A stretch of DNA of 64,000 bases from Pyrinomonadaceae bacterium (lineage in GTDB: Bacteria; Acidobacteriota; Blastocatellia; Pyrinomonadales; Pyrinomonadaceae): positions 93,483-157,482 of the forward strand of contig JBKBYA010000005.1 in NCBI GenBank assembly GCA_046313635.1, given 5' to 3'. Made by a program: the position numbers and the translations under genes. Under the pieces are notes generated by a model that was not told the origin of the DNA, made no database searches, and saw only the letters and a list, made by a program, of their open reading frames with translations. Of the stretch, positions 1 through 9,861 are shown in pieces. How positions within the stretch are numbered: the stretch's first letter is position 1; each line of letters opens with the position of its first letter.

Positions 1-86
1 CGCAAAGCGTCGCGGATCTCGTCGAGCTCCGCCGCGTGCGCCGACATATCGTGAAAGCGATAGAACGTGATGATCTGAAACTTCAT
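1..86 (-). CDS. 5' end of a gene running off the window; possibly rhodanese-domain tRNA uridine hydroxylase (TrhO/YceA family)
   Basis: ATG at 86 on the minus strand reads MKFQIITFYRFHDMSAHAAELDEIRDAL, resembling the 'FYxF' N-terminus of the TrhO family; only 28 codons are visible. Confidence 0.45.
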   Translation of the reverse strand, partial: MKFQIITFYRFHDMSAHAAELDEIRDAL

Positions 87-115
87 TACCAGATATTCGT
101 GCTGTGCGGCGGACA

Positions 116-1054
116 TCAGCCGAGCAGCATCCCGGCACGCAGCTTTGCGCCGTTGAGAAAGTCCCGCACCGCCATTCGCCGTTTGCCCTCGGGCTGTATC
201 TCGTCGACCCGCAAGACGCCGCCCGAGCCGCACGCGATCGAGAGACTGCCGCCCGACGCTTCGATGACGGTTCCCGGCTGCGGCGAATGGTCTTGGATGC
301 CGGTTTCACACGCCGCGGCCCGCCAGATCGTGTACCTGACGCCGTCGGCAAACGTGTACGACGTCGGAAACGGCTGAAACGCCCGCACGCGGTTGGCGAT
401 CTCGCGGGCGCTCATCGTCCAGTCGATGCGGCCGTCCTCTTTTTTCATGATCGGCGCGAGTGTCGCGAGCGAGTCGTCCTGCCGCCGCGGAGTGATGCGG
501 TCGAGATTGTCGAGCGTCTCGATCAGCAGTTCGGCTCCGACGATCGCAAGACGGTCCATCAGCTCGACCGCCGTCTCGTCCGCGCCGATCGGCGTCGCGC
601 GCTGGAGCAGAATGTCGCCGGTATCGAGCCCCGCGTCCATCTTCATCGTGGTCACGCCGGTCTCGGCCTCGCCGTTCGCGATCGCCCAGTTGACCGGCGC
701 CGCGCCGCGATACTTTGGCAAAAGCGAAAAGTGCACGTTGATCGCGCCTGCCGGAAAAGCGTTGAGCCAGCGTTCCGGCAGAATGCGTCCGTAAGCAACG
801 ACGACCGCAGCGTCCGCGTCGAGCGATCTAAACTCCTCAAACGCCTCGTCCGTTTTGATCTTCAAAGGCTGCCTTATCTCGCTCAGCCCATGCTCGATCG
901 CAAACTCCTTCACCGCCGAAGCCGCGAGCTTGTTGCCGCGTCCCGCAGGCCTGTCCGGCTGCGTGTAAACGGCGACGACCTCGTGCCCCGCATCAAGCAC
1001 ACGCCCCAAACTCGCAACGGCCGCCCGCGGCGTCCCCATAAAAACGATCTTCAT
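116..1054 (-). CDS. fmt: Methionyl-tRNA formyltransferase
   Basis: MKIVFMGTP start, TQPDRPAGRG, VVVAYGRILP, INVHFSLLPKYRGAAP, GLDTGDIL motifs. Confidence 0.97.
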   Translation of the reverse strand: MKIVFMGTPRAAVASLGRVLDAGHEVVAVYTQPDRPAGRGNKLAASAVKEFAIEHGLSEIRQPLKIKTDEAFEEFRSLDADAAVVVAYGRILPERWLNAFPAGAINVHFSLLPKYRGAAPVNWAIANGEAETGVTTMKMDAGLDTGDILLQRATPIGADETAVELMDRLAIVGAELLIETLDNLDRITPRRQDDSLATLAPIMKKEDGRIDWTMSAREIANRVRAFQPFPTSYTFADGVRYTIWRAAACETGIQDHSPQPGTVIEASGGSLSIACGSGGVLRVDEIQPEGKRRMAVRDFLNGAKLRAGMLLG

Positions 1055-1230
1055 CAGGAAAAAAGAAGTGCCGGTTCCAGTCAGAACTTAGCACTTCGAG
1101 TATGCAATCCGAAAACGCTCGGCTTCGGTCTAGAGCTGGCGAAGCGGACGCCGGAACATTAGCCGCACGTGAAGCGAAGAGGAACTTGGCGAAAGCTGTC
1201 GACCACTCAAACAACGTCGGTTGGAAAAGG

Positions 1231-1959
1231 CTATTTGATAACGACCGATCCCGACGCGGTGCTGGGACAAATATGAAAACAGACGTCGTGCCACTTCACG
1301 CTGACCACGGCGGTCAAGGCGGCGGCTCTCGGATTCGGGCGAACGGTTATCTTTGAAGTCCTCTGGCCGGCGATGATCGTGCCGCCATCGACTTTCCAGA
1401 GGAACTCCGCGTCGGCCGGAAGGGGCTCAAGCAGCGCGGTGAATTCGACGGTTTCGTAAGGTTCGACGGCAGGGCGTTTTGTCATTACTTCGAGACACGG
1501 GCAAAAGCAGTCGCCGGTGCAGGTCGATTGGCACACGTAAATGACCGCGGGCTCGATCTCGATCAGTCTGGTTTTTGGACTGCCTGCCGCCGAGGCTGTG
1601 ATCGTATAGGTACCGGGAGCGACGTCACGGAGGTCCCATTTCACGGCCGAACCGTCAACCACGACCTTACCGCCGCTGACCGAAAAGCGCAGTTTCTTTA
1701 GGTCGGCGCTTCGCAAACCGCGCGCCGACACCCCAATGGAGAGAACTCTGTCAAGCGGCTCCGGGTCAGGCGACAGATAGCCACGAGGACACGGAATGGA
1801 GACCTTCTCCTTGTCCAGGACCAGAGCGGGCCGCTGCGAAGCTGACGAAATGTTCGCGGCCGCCGCCCGGCGCTCGGCACGCCGCGACCGGTCGTGAACT
1901 TGAGCGGCTAGGCTCATTGCAGAGATCAATATTAGGAGCAATAAGCGGCTGATTCTCAT
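1231..1959 (-). CDS. Secreted hypothetical protein with two PKD/Ig-like beta modules and a Cys-rich linker
   Basis: Signal-peptide-like N-terminus; repeated module motifs FSVSGGKVV..W / WKVDGGTIIAGQ; CQSTCTGDCFCPC linker. Confidence 0.6.
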   Translation of the reverse strand: MRISRLLLLILISAMSLAAQVHDRSRRAERRAAAANISSASQRPALVLDKEKVSIPCPRGYLSPDPEPLDRVLSIGVSARGLRSADLKKLRFSVSGGKVVVDGSAVKWDLRDVAPGTYTITASAAGSPKTRLIEIEPAVIYVCQSTCTGDCFCPCLEVMTKRPAVEPYETVEFTALLEPLPADAEFLWKVDGGTIIAGQRTSKITVRPNPRAAALTAVVSVKWHDVCFHICPSTASGSVVIK

Positions 1960-2008
1960 GCTTCGGAAGTTGCCCGACTGTCGAACAGCCTAGCCGGGTG
2001 CGCGAGAT

Positions 2009-2479
2009 CTACTTCTTCCCCTTCTTCGCCGGCTTAAAGCTCTCGTAGACATCGATCCACTGCTGCGGTGTCATTTTGGAGGCGAGTTCGGCGATGAGGG
2101 CGACGGGGACGTCCTCCGCGCGTTTGAAGCGGATGCAGGATTTGCCCATATCGAGCTTTTTGGCGGAGTGCTTCGGCCACTCGTTGCGGAACCATTCCAT
2201 CAGCTTCTCCGACGAATAAAGTCCCATGTGGTAAACCGCGATGTGATTCTTCTGCGAAGCGATCCCCATGAACGGCACCGGCTGCCGCGGGTCGCAGTGA
2301 TACCCGTCCGGATACAGCGAGTGCGGCACGACCCAACCGGCCATCCCGTAACCCATCGCTTCCTCAAAGCCCTTCGGAATGCGCTTGTTGATCGCATCGC
2401 GAAGTTCGGTCATCACCGCACGGCGCTCGTCGGGAAGTGCCGCCAAATATTCATCTACGGTCGCAGCATTTGATTGCAT
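2009..2479 (-). CDS. DUF1801 (YdhG-like) domain protein
   Basis: TVDEYLAALP..RR, GFEEAMGYGM, GIASQKNHIAVY, LDMGKSCIRFK motifs. Confidence 0.9.
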   Translation of the reverse strand: MQSNAATVDEYLAALPDERRAVMTELRDAINKRIPKGFEEAMGYGMAGWVVPHSLYPDGYHCDPRQPVPFMGIASQKNHIAVYHMGLYSSEKLMEWFRNEWPKHSAKKLDMGKSCIRFKRAEDVPVALIAELASKMTPQQWIDVYESFKPAKKGKK

Positions 2480-2580
2480 GATCGCATCTTTCCTCGCGGG
2501 GATTGTAACTCAGATCGAAAGATCGGCGGCACACCGCGTAGTGGGATGGCGCAAGCGCGCGAAGCACGCGGAATATCGTT

Positions 2581-2733
2581 AGCCCACACCGCGGGGCGTG
2601 GGAATCAGGATCGACCGCATATCGAGCCGTCGGAGACGGCGGCATGATCCGCGAGGAGTCATGCCGCATGCTACACACGCTCGGCGCTACAGCGAACAAA
2701 GCCCCGGGTTTTTGCTGAGCTTTACCCGGGGCT
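2581..2733. repeat. Cluster of intergenic palindromes (REP-like)
   Basis: Inverted repeats CCCAC..GTGGG, GCCGTC-GGA-GACGGC, GCGGCATGA..TCATGCCGC and AGCCCCGGGT..ACCCGGGGCT between pruA and the DUF1801 gene. Confidence 0.5.
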
Positions 2734-2774
2734 GACGAAATACCGCGTGACAAGCACGGTGATCTGGCGACCGA

Positions 2775-4343
2775 CTAGATCTTCTGCGAGATCGACTTCG
2801 CCTGCATGAACTGCAGCAGGTACTCGCGTCCGCCGGCCTTGGAGTCGGTGCCGCTCATATTGAATCCGCCAAACGGGTGCACGCCGACCAGCGCGCCGGT
2901 GCACTTGCGGTTGAGATAGAGGTTGCCGACGTGAAATTCGCGCTTGGCACGCTCGAGCCTTGCCTGCGTCGTCGAATAGACCGCTCCGGTTAGGCCAAAC
3001 TCGGTATCGTTCGCGATCTCGAGCGCGTGGTCGTAGTCGCGCGCCTTTATGACGGCGAGTACGGGAGCAAAGATCTCTTCCTGCTCGATCGTGTCGCCGG
3101 GCTTGACGTTGGCGATGATGGTCGGCTCGATAAAGTAGCCCTCGCTGTCGTCGCCCTTGCCGCCGGTGACGAGCGTTCCGCCTTCGTCGAGGCCTTTTTG
3201 AATGTAGCCGAGCGTCCTGTCAAAGGCCCGCTTGTTGATGACGGCCGCGACATTGGTATCGCCCTCGGTCGGCTGGCCGATCTTGAGCTTTTCGGTCAGC
3301 GACTTAACTTTTTCAAGCAGCTCGTCGTGGACCTTTTCGTCGACGATCAGACGCGAGCAGGCCGAGCACTTCTGCCCCTGGAATCCGAAAGCCGCCTGCA
3401 CGACGCCTAACGCCGCCGAGTCGAGATCGGCGTCGTCGCAGACGATTATCGCGTCCTTGCCGCCCATCTCGGCGACGACGCGCTTGATCCAGATCTGGCC
3501 GTCGCGAGTCTTCGCCGCCTGCTCGTTGATGTGCAGTCCGACCTGTTTCGAACCGGTGAACGAAACGAAACGCGTCTTCGGATGCGTGACCATCGCTTCG
3601 CCGGTCGCCGCGCTGCCGGTTAGGAAGTTGACGACGCCGGCGGGCAGGCCGACCTCTTCGAGGATCTCGACAAACTTCGCCGCGATCACCGGCGAGTCAG
3701 ACGACGGCTTGAGCACGACCGTGTTGCCCGCAACGACCGCGGCCATCGTCATCCCGGACATGATCGCGAGCGGAAAGTTCCAGGGCGGAATGATCGCCCC
3801 GACGCCGAGCGGGATGTACTCGAGCGAGTTGTCCTCGCCGGCGATCGGCGTGACGGGCTGCTTCTCTGCCCATCGGAGCATCTCGCGGCCGTAAAACTCC
3901 ATAAAGTCGATCGCCTCGGCCGTGTCGCCGTCGGCCTCGGCCCAGGTTTTAGCGACCTCGACGACCATCCACGCCGACAGTTCGTGCTTGCGGCGGCGCA
4001 TCACCTCGGCCGTCTTAAAGAGGTACTCGGCACGTTCGGCGGCCGGCACGCGGCTCCAGGTCTTGAATGCCGTCCAGGCCGACTGGATCGCGCGCTCGAC
4101 CAGCGACGTGTCGTCGTCGACCTCAGAAAACACGCCTACCACCTCGGCCTTTTTCGCCGGGTTATAGCTCTGGAATTTACTGTCGAGCGAGATCTTTTCG
4201 CCGCCGATGACGACCGGATACTCGCGGCCGAGCTCGCCGCGGACCTTTTCGATCGCGGCGAGCATCGCCTGCTCGTTCTCGGGCTTGGAGAAATCGGTAA
4301 AAGGCTCGTTGCGAAATTCGTCCAGTACTCGTTGTGCTTGCAT
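2775..4343 (-). CDS. pruA: L-glutamate gamma-semialdehyde (P5C) dehydrogenase, RocA/PruA type
   Basis: ALDH motifs PPWNFP, FTGS, AEMGGKD, GQKCSACSR, EEIFAPV, PFGGFNMSGTDSKAGG; N-terminal FRNEPFTDFS. Confidence 0.95.
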   Translation of the reverse strand: MQAQRVLDEFRNEPFTDFSKPENEQAMLAAIEKVRGELGREYPVVIGGEKISLDSKFQSYNPAKKAEVVGVFSEVDDDTSLVERAIQSAWTAFKTWSRVPAAERAEYLFKTAEVMRRRKHELSAWMVVEVAKTWAEADGDTAEAIDFMEFYGREMLRWAEKQPVTPIAGEDNSLEYIPLGVGAIIPPWNFPLAIMSGMTMAAVVAGNTVVLKPSSDSPVIAAKFVEILEEVGLPAGVVNFLTGSAATGEAMVTHPKTRFVSFTGSKQVGLHINEQAAKTRDGQIWIKRVVAEMGGKDAIIVCDDADLDSAALGVVQAAFGFQGQKCSACSRLIVDEKVHDELLEKVKSLTEKLKIGQPTEGDTNVAAVINKRAFDRTLGYIQKGLDEGGTLVTGGKGDDSEGYFIEPTIIANVKPGDTIEQEEIFAPVLAVIKARDYDHALEIANDTEFGLTGAVYSTTQARLERAKREFHVGNLYLNRKCTGALVGVHPFGGFNMSGTDSKAGGREYLLQFMQAKSISQKI

Positions 4344-4357
4344 ATTGGTTTTGTTGA

Positions 4358-4582
4358 TCAGAGATATCGCTGCCGGTCGATCTCGTTAAGCTCCCACGCG
4401 TCGAGCAGCTCGGGAATGACCGGCTCTCCTTCGGACTGCCATGCCACGACGAAGCGCGGCCTCTGCGTGTCGTTTGAATGCTCGACGTAGCTGAGGATCA
4501 GCTTCCAGCCCTTGGCGAGAAAGAGATTCAGCTCGCGGATCGAGCGGAGTTCGCGTACGTGTCTTGTGTCTTCGATCGGCAT
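4358..4582 (-). CDS. Small hypothetical protein
   Basis: 74-aa ORF packed between def and pruA on the same strand; ATG 1 nt from the def stop. Confidence 0.65.
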   Translation of the reverse strand: MPIEDTRHVRELRSIRELNLFLAKGWKLILSYVEHSNDTQRPRFVVAWQSEGEPVIPELLDAWELNEIDRQRYL

Positions 4583-4583
4583 G

Positions 4584-5105
4584 TCAGACCCACTCACCGG
4601 TCTTTTGCAGCTTTTTGATCCTGCGCCGGGCGAGCTCGCGTTTGAGCGACGTCATCCGGTCGAGAAAGACGATCCCGTCGCAGTGATCGGTCTCGTGGAG
4701 CACGCACCGCGCGGCGAGCTCGGTCAGGTCCTCTTCAAACGTATCGCCATTCAGGTCCTGGGCGCGGGCGATCACACGCATCTCGCGCTTGACGGTCTGG
4801 AAGACGCCCGGAAACGAAAGGCAGCCTTCTTCGCCCACCTGCTGCCCCTCGATGTGCACGATCTCGGGATTGATAAAAACCTTTTTCTGCGATCCGCCGT
4901 CCTCGTCCGGCACGTCCATCACGAAGAGCCGCTTGGAGACGCCGACCTGCGGCGCGGCGAGACCGACGCCGCGGGCGTCGTACATCGTCTCGAACATATT
5001 GTCGACGAGCGATGCGAGAGCCGGCCCAAATTCGTCGTCGCCGACAGGCCGACCGACCCTCAGGAGCACAGGGTCCGGATAGTGAACGATAGTCAAAAGG
5101 GGCAC
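4584..5105 (-). CDS. def: Peptide deformylase
   Basis: GVGLAAPQVG, EGCLS, HETDH motifs; GTG start. Confidence 0.97.
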   Translation of the reverse strand: MPLLTIVHYPDPVLLRVGRPVGDDEFGPALASLVDNMFETMYDARGVGLAAPQVGVSKRLFVMDVPDEDGGSQKKVFINPEIVHIEGQQVGEEGCLSFPGVFQTVKREMRVIARAQDLNGDTFEEDLTELAARCVLHETDHCDGIVFLDRMTSLKRELARRRIKKLQKTGEWV

Positions 5106-5157
5106 CGGATTATTGTATCGGCCGCCCCTTTTTTCCGCAAAACGCTAAAGTTTGTCG

Positions 5158-5637
5158 TCAGTCCTCGATAAAGACCTCGGTCACGTAGATCGCCCCGGAT
5201 CGCGAGCGTGCGACGCCGATGCCGGTAGCGGTCCAGCGGCGATCTAGCATGTTCTCGCGATGCGAAGGCGACGCGAGCCAGCCGCGAACGGCAAGCGAGG
5301 TAAACCGCGGCGACGCGCTGCAGAAAAAGAGGTTTTCGCCGATGCGACGCCAGCCGTTCACACGCCCGGCGCGTGCCCGATCGACGACCGAGCCGCCAGA
5401 CGGGTCGTAGTGATCGAAGAATCCGCCCTCGGCCATCGAGCGCGAGTAGCGGCGCGCCATCTCGTTCAGGCGAGCGTCCCACTCGAGCGGCGGCAGGCTG
5501 CGCCGTGCACGCTCTTGATTTACAAGGTCGAATATCCGCAGTTCGTCATCCGACGCGGCCGCCGGGGCCGACACTGCGACCGCGAGTAACGAGAGACAGA
5601 CCACTGCCGAAGCAAAGGCGGATCGAAGGCTTTTCAT
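5158..5637 (-). CDS. CAP/SCP-like extracellular protein
   Basis: Signal peptide; LVNQER, GFFDH, IGENL, WLASPSHRENML, TATGIGV motifs. Confidence 0.92.
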   Translation of the reverse strand: MKSLRSAFASAVVCLSLLAVAVSAPAAASDDELRIFDLVNQERARRSLPPLEWDARLNEMARRYSRSMAEGGFFDHYDPSGGSVVDRARAGRVNGWRRIGENLFFCSASPRFTSLAVRGWLASPSHRENMLDRRWTATGIGVARSRSGAIYVTEVFIED

Positions 5638-5712
5638 TGTCTAACTCGGTGTGTGGTGATCAGGGGAGAGAGCGGCAAAAGTTTACCCTCGCCGACGAGA
5701 GATCGCAAGCTG

Positions 5713-6183
5713 CTACTGCTGCGGCGGGAGTTTCGCTTTTTCGGCCCTGGTCCATTCGCAGATGCGTTCGGACTCGCCCGGTTTGAGACCGGCGTCGCGG
5801 TGTACCCAGAGATACGACGGCAGGGGCATCTCGCCTTTTTGGACCTGCTCGCAGATCTCGTCGAGCTTGCGCGCCTTTCGCTTGTCGGCGTAAGTCGCCC
5901 AGACGCTGAAATTCAACTCGCGGCGGCCCTCTTTGACGTGGTTGTCGAGCCACCAGTTGACGGGCGCCACCTGCGAGTACCACGGGTAATACGTGTTGTT
6001 GGTATGGCAGTCGGCGCACGAGCGAGCAAAGATCGCCGCGACATCATCGGGGACCTCTGTCGAAGCCTCGAGCGTCTCGGCCGGTATCGTCGCGGGTGCC
6101 GTCTGATCGGGCCGCACGAACTGTGCGAGTACAAACGCGGCGACCAACACGATGATCGCGATCTTTAGGATCTTTCTCCTCAT
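5713..6183 (-). CDS. Haem-binding domain protein (monohaem c-type cytochrome-like)
   Basis: N-terminal TM segment, CADCH, YPWYSQVAPV.WW, GRRELNFS.W, EMPLPSY motifs. Confidence 0.88.
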   Translation of the reverse strand: MRRKILKIAIIVLVAAFVLAQFVRPDQTAPATIPAETLEASTEVPDDVAAIFARSCADCHTNNTYYPWYSQVAPVNWWLDNHVKEGRRELNFSVWATYADKRKARKLDEICEQVQKGEMPLPSYLWVHRDAGLKPGESERICEWTRAEKAKLPPQQ

Positions 6184-6235
6184 CCGAGGCTCGTTTACTC
6201 TTTGCCTGCAAAGCGTCCGGGATTAAAATCGTGTC

Positions 6236-7060
6236 GTGCCATTCGTCATCAGCCCGACAGTCATCGCGATCCCGCTGTTTTCGATAATGATCGCCGCCGA
6301 GGCGTTGCTCGCGGCGCGGCGTGAACCGGAATTCTACGAGAAAAAAGATGCGTGGACAAATATCGTGCTCGGCCTGGGCAGCGTCGTTTTTAACGGTCTA
6401 TTCGGGCTCGCGATCGGCGTGATCTACGTCTCGCTCTACGAGCTCGCGCCGTACAAATTCCCTGTTGACGCATGGTGGAGCTGGGCGGTGCTCTTCGTGC
6501 TCGACGACTTTGCGTATTACTGGTTTCACCGCGTGAGCCACGAGTCGCGTCTGTTTTGGAACTTTCACGTCGTCCATCACTCGAGCCAGTACTACAACCT
6601 CAGTGTCGCCGTCCGGCAGAGCTGGTTCAGCGGTCTGGTCCATTGGCTCTTTTACGCGCCGTTGATGCTGCTCGGGTTTGCACCGTGGATGTTTCTGACA
6701 ATTCATGGATTCAATTTGATCTATCAGTTCTGGATCCACACGCGCTTCGTCAAGCGTCTCGGCCCGCTCGAATATATTCTCAATACGCCGTCGCATCACC
6801 GCGTGCATCACGGCCTCGACGAACAGTATCTCGACCGCAACTATGCGGGCGTGCTGATCGTCTGGGACCGCCTCTTCGGCAGCTTTACAGAGGAGACCGC
6901 GCCGCCGCGCTACGGCATTATCAAGCCGCTCCGCAGCTATAACCCGCTTTGGATAAACACGCACGCATGGGTCGAGATGTGTGACGAGCTGAGGCAGCGC
7001 CGCGGGCTGAGAAGCCGGCTGCGATGCATCTTTGGCTCGCCGTACATGGACCGCCTGTAG
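6236..7060 (+). CDS. Sterol desaturase / fatty acid hydroxylase family protein (alkylglycerol monooxygenase-like)
   Basis: His boxes HRVSH, HVVHHS, WIH, HHRVHH; several hydrophobic segments. Confidence 0.92.
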   Translation: MPFVISPTVIAIPLFSIMIAAEALLAARREPEFYEKKDAWTNIVLGLGSVVFNGLFGLAIGVIYVSLYELAPYKFPVDAWWSWAVLFVLDDFAYYWFHRVSHESRLFWNFHVVHHSSQYYNLSVAVRQSWFSGLVHWLFYAPLMLLGFAPWMFLTIHGFNLIYQFWIHTRFVKRLGPLEYILNTPSHHRVHHGLDEQYLDRNYAGVLIVWDRLFGSFTEETAPPRYGIIKPLRSYNPLWINTHAWVEMCDELRQRRGLRSRLRCIFGSPYMDRL

Positions 7061-7072
7061 GGCCGCCTATCA

Positions 7073-7792
7073 ATGAAACTCCGTCGCTCAATATTATTTC
7101 TGTTCGCTCTGGCGGCCGGGCTGCTGTGTAGCGGAGATCTTTGGGCCCAGAACGTCACGGTTCGTCCTAAGGTCACGGTCTACCATCGCAAGCTCCCGAT
7201 CGCCGACTTCAAGCGAACATTCACGATACGCCGCCCGATCGTGACCGCCCGATCGCCGCAGCTTTCAAAGCTGATCACCGCCGCCGTCGATCCTGTATCG
7301 ATTCTCGAGATCGATATCAAAGACGAGATCAACCAGACACAGTGGCTGACCGCGGCCGATTACCGCATCGTGCTCAACAGCCGCGGCGTCCTCTCGGTCG
7401 AAGTTTGGATGGAGGGCGTCGGCGCATACCCCGACGGGGTCACCAGATGGGTCGTCGTCGATACCGCGAACGGACTGAGCGTCGCCGCGCGGGACGTGTT
7501 TACCGATCTCGAAAAGCTCGCCGCGCGCATCAAGCGGATGCAGACTGCCGAGGTCCAAAAGGTAAAGGCCGCCGAACCCGATTCGGCCGACTTGCTGTCC
7601 GGCGCCGATTTCACGGTAGCCGACCTCGATAAATTCTCCGTCGACGCCCGCGGGGTCGTCTTTCATTACGAATACGGATTTCCGCACGTCGCCAAAGCGC
7701 TCGAGCCGGCGGGCGAATTCCGGCTGAGCTGGCGGCAGGTCAAACCCTTTGTCAAACGCGGCGGTTTGCTCGAGAGATTTGTCCGCCGTTAA
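7073..7792 (+). CDS. Secreted hypothetical protein, RsiV/PdaC (DUF3298)-like C-terminus
   Basis: Signal peptide; GAYPDG and [16 protein letters not shown] motifs. Confidence 0.6.
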   Translation: MKLRRSILFLFALAAGLLCSGDLWAQNVTVRPKVTVYHRKLPIADFKRTFTIRRPIVTARSPQLSKLITAAVDPVSILEIDIKDEINQTQWLTAADYRIVLNSRGVLSVEVWMEGVGAYPDGVTRWVVVDTANGLSVAARDVFTDLEKLAARIKRMQTAEVQKVKAAEPDSADLLSGADFTVADLDKFSVDARGVVFHYEYGFPHVAKALEPAGEFRLSWRQVKPFVKRGGLLERFVRR

Positions 7793-7808
7793 TATTGATC
7801 GAGCGATT

Positions 7809-8216
7809 ATGAGTAATCGGAAGATAAGGGTACTCGTGGCAAAGCCCGGACTCGACGGACACGACCGCGGTGCGAAGGTGATCGCGAGGGCGCTGCGCGA
7901 TGCCGGAATGGAAGTCATCTATACAGGTCTCAGACAGACGCCCGAGATGATAGCGGCCGCCGCACTGCAGGAGGACGTCGACGCGGTCGGCATCTCGATC
8001 CTCAGCGGCGCTCACAATACGCTCTGCCCGCGGATAGTCGACCTTCTCAAGCAGAATGGAATGGACGACACGCTCGTCCTGGTGGGCGGCATCGTGCCGC
8101 AGGAGGACATCGAGAAACTTAAGTCGGCCGGTGTCTCGGAAGTTTTTCTTCCGGGAACCTCGACGGATGATATCGTAAGGTATATCGAGGCGAACGTTCG
8201 CACCGCCGACGTCTGA
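7809..8216 (+). CDS. Cobalamin-binding domain protein (acyl-CoA mutase small subunit)
   Basis: [30 protein letters not shown] (DxHxxG), SILSGAH, VGGIVP. Confidence 0.95.
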   Translation: MSNRKIRVLVAKPGLDGHDRGAKVIARALRDAGMEVIYTGLRQTPEMIAAAALQEDVDAVGISILSGAHNTLCPRIVDLLKQNGMDDTLVLVGGIVPQEDIEKLKSAGVSEVFLPGTSTDDIVRYIEANVRTADV

Positions 8217-8305
8217 GGCAGCGAGTCTTGCGACGCGGCGGACCGTTTCGGCAGCCGTATCAGACGGCACCGGTATTTTTTGGATCAAGCATGGGAGGAA
8301 TTTGC

Positions 8306-8611
8306 ATGAAGAAGTTGTTCACACTCGTTCTCGCCGCAGTGATGATGCTGTCGGTCGTATTCATCGGCGCGTCCGCATCGAACGGCGGTCCATTCGTCGC
8401 CGCCGCGCAAACCGGTCAGGTGACCGTGAAAAAGCGTAAAAAAGGAGCCGTCCGCCGCGGCTATGCCGGCGGCAAATGGGTCGTGCGAAAAACCTGGGAC
8501 GGCACCAAATGGGTCTCGAAACGCGTCTGGGTCGGCACCAAGTACGTCGGCAAAAAGAGCTGGAAGACCGGCCGAAAGGTCGTCAGCCGTACAAAGAAGG
8601 TCGTCTATTGA
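8306..8611 (+). CDS. Small, very basic secreted protein with Trp-periodic motif
   Basis: GGAGG RBS upstream of ATG 8306; signal peptide; followed by a terminator. Confidence 0.75.
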   Translation: MKKLFTLVLAAVMMLSVVFIGASASNGGPFVAAAQTGQVTVKKRKKGAVRRGYAGGKWVVRKTWDGTKWVSKRVWVGTKYVGKKSWKTGRKVVSRTKKVVY

Positions 8612-8632
8612 TCGGTAAGACATCTATTCGGC

Positions 8633-8663
8633 AAAAGGCATCTTCTCGGAGATGCCTTTTTTT
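8633..8663 (+). terminator. Rho-independent terminator
   Basis: AAAAGGCATCT-tctcgg-AGATGCCTTTT followed by more T. Confidence 0.85.
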
Positions 8664-8723
8664 GCTGGCACGGCCGATGCACCTGGCAAGAGGCGACAAC
8701 TTTTCGTAAGGAGGCAGGACAGA

Positions 8724-9173
8724 ATGGAGAGATCATCGCTAGTTAAATTCGTCATCGCGGCCATGGCAGTAGCGTTCTCGTACACGGCGGCGTCCGGCCA
8801 GGTCGTGGACAAGGTCAAGGAGGCGGCCTCAAAGACCAAAGACGTCACCGTGAAAGCCGCCAAGAAGACGGCCGACGTCGCGGACGACGTAGCCGACGAG
8901 GCCGGCGATAAGACAAAACAGACCGGCGACGCGGTAAAAGATGCCTATTCGGAAACGAAGCGCGGAACCGTCAAGACCTCGAAAAAGGTTGGCAATTTTG
9001 CAGTAGAGACGACCGAGAATGTCGCCGGCAAAGCGTATGAGGGCGGCCGCTGGCTCGTGACGACGACTTGGGACGGGACCAAATGGGTCTCAAAAAAGGT
9101 CTGGTACGCGACCAAAAAGGGCGCCGACGCGACGAAGGATGTCGTTGTCGGAAACGACAAGCCGAAACCGTAA
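8724..9173 (+). CDS. Secreted low-complexity (LEA-like) protein sharing the WDGTKWVSK motif with the upstream gene
   Basis: AAGGAGG RBS; signal peptide; K/A/D/T-rich amphipathic repeats. Confidence 0.75.
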   Translation: MERSSLVKFVIAAMAVAFSYTAASGQVVDKVKEAASKTKDVTVKAAKKTADVADDVADEAGDKTKQTGDAVKDAYSETKRGTVKTSKKVGNFAVETTENVAGKAYEGGRWLVTTTWDGTKWVSKKVWYATKKGADATKDVVVGNDKPKP

Positions 9174-9225
9174 GGCGGCTTTCCGGTATTCACGTGATCG
9201 TGGGCGGCTCATTTGGGCCGCTCTA

Positions 9226-9729
9226 TTACTTTGCTCGCGGGTCGCCGTCCATCCAATCCACGATCGCCGCGACGATACGATCCACTCCCAACGAAGCGTC
9301 GGCAGTCAGGTCCGGCGGCTCGACGGGCTCGAGTATCGCGAACTGGCTCGCCAAAAGTTTCGGATTCATGAAATGCCCTTCGCGGTCGGCTATCCGCTCG
9401 GCTGCCTCCGCGCGGTCGATGTCGAGCATCACGAAACGCACGGACGGATCACCTCGCCGCAACGCTTCTCGATAGTCCGACTTCAAAGCTGAGCATGCAA
9501 GCACCGCGTTACTGCCGCTCTTGAACTGTTCGGCGATCAAATCGCCCAAACGAGCAAGCCAGGGACCCCGGTCGTCGTCGTTGAGCGGACGGCCGGAACG
9601 CATTTTTTCGACATTCTCCGGCGAGTGTAGATCGTCCGCGTCGTAAAACGCCCAGCCGAGTCTTGCCGCCAACGCTCGGCCCACCGTTGTCTTGCCCGCG
9701 GCCGCGACGCCGCAGATCACGATCACCAT
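9226..9729 (-). CDS. gntK: Gluconokinase (GntK/IdnK family)
   Basis: [10 protein letters not shown]-loop, [34 protein letters not shown]. Confidence 0.92.
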   Translation of the reverse strand: MVIVICGVAAAGKTTVGRALAARLGWAFYDADDLHSPENVEKMRSGRPLNDDDRGPWLARLGDLIAEQFKSGSNAVLACSALKSDYREALRRGDPSVRFVMLDIDRAEAAERIADREGHFMNPKLLASQFAILEPVEPPDLTADASLGVDRIVAAIVDWMDGDPRAK

Positions 9730-9861
9730 GGCCGGGATTATTTCACAGCTCTTTCGCAAATTACGAGCCGCCTCTGCCGCCGCGCGATTACGAATTATCA
9801 CGCCCTGCTAATACAATTGAACGTGGCCGCTCGAGCGCGGCCGACGTCGTTAATATCTGAT

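Noticed and set aside
104..1162. Long plus-strand ORF opposite fmt, and similar antisense ORFs (13350-14819, 32585-34165, 35595-37211, 61574-62767)
   Set aside because: Shadow ORFs typical of high-GC DNA; they lie opposite well-supported genes and show no family motifs.
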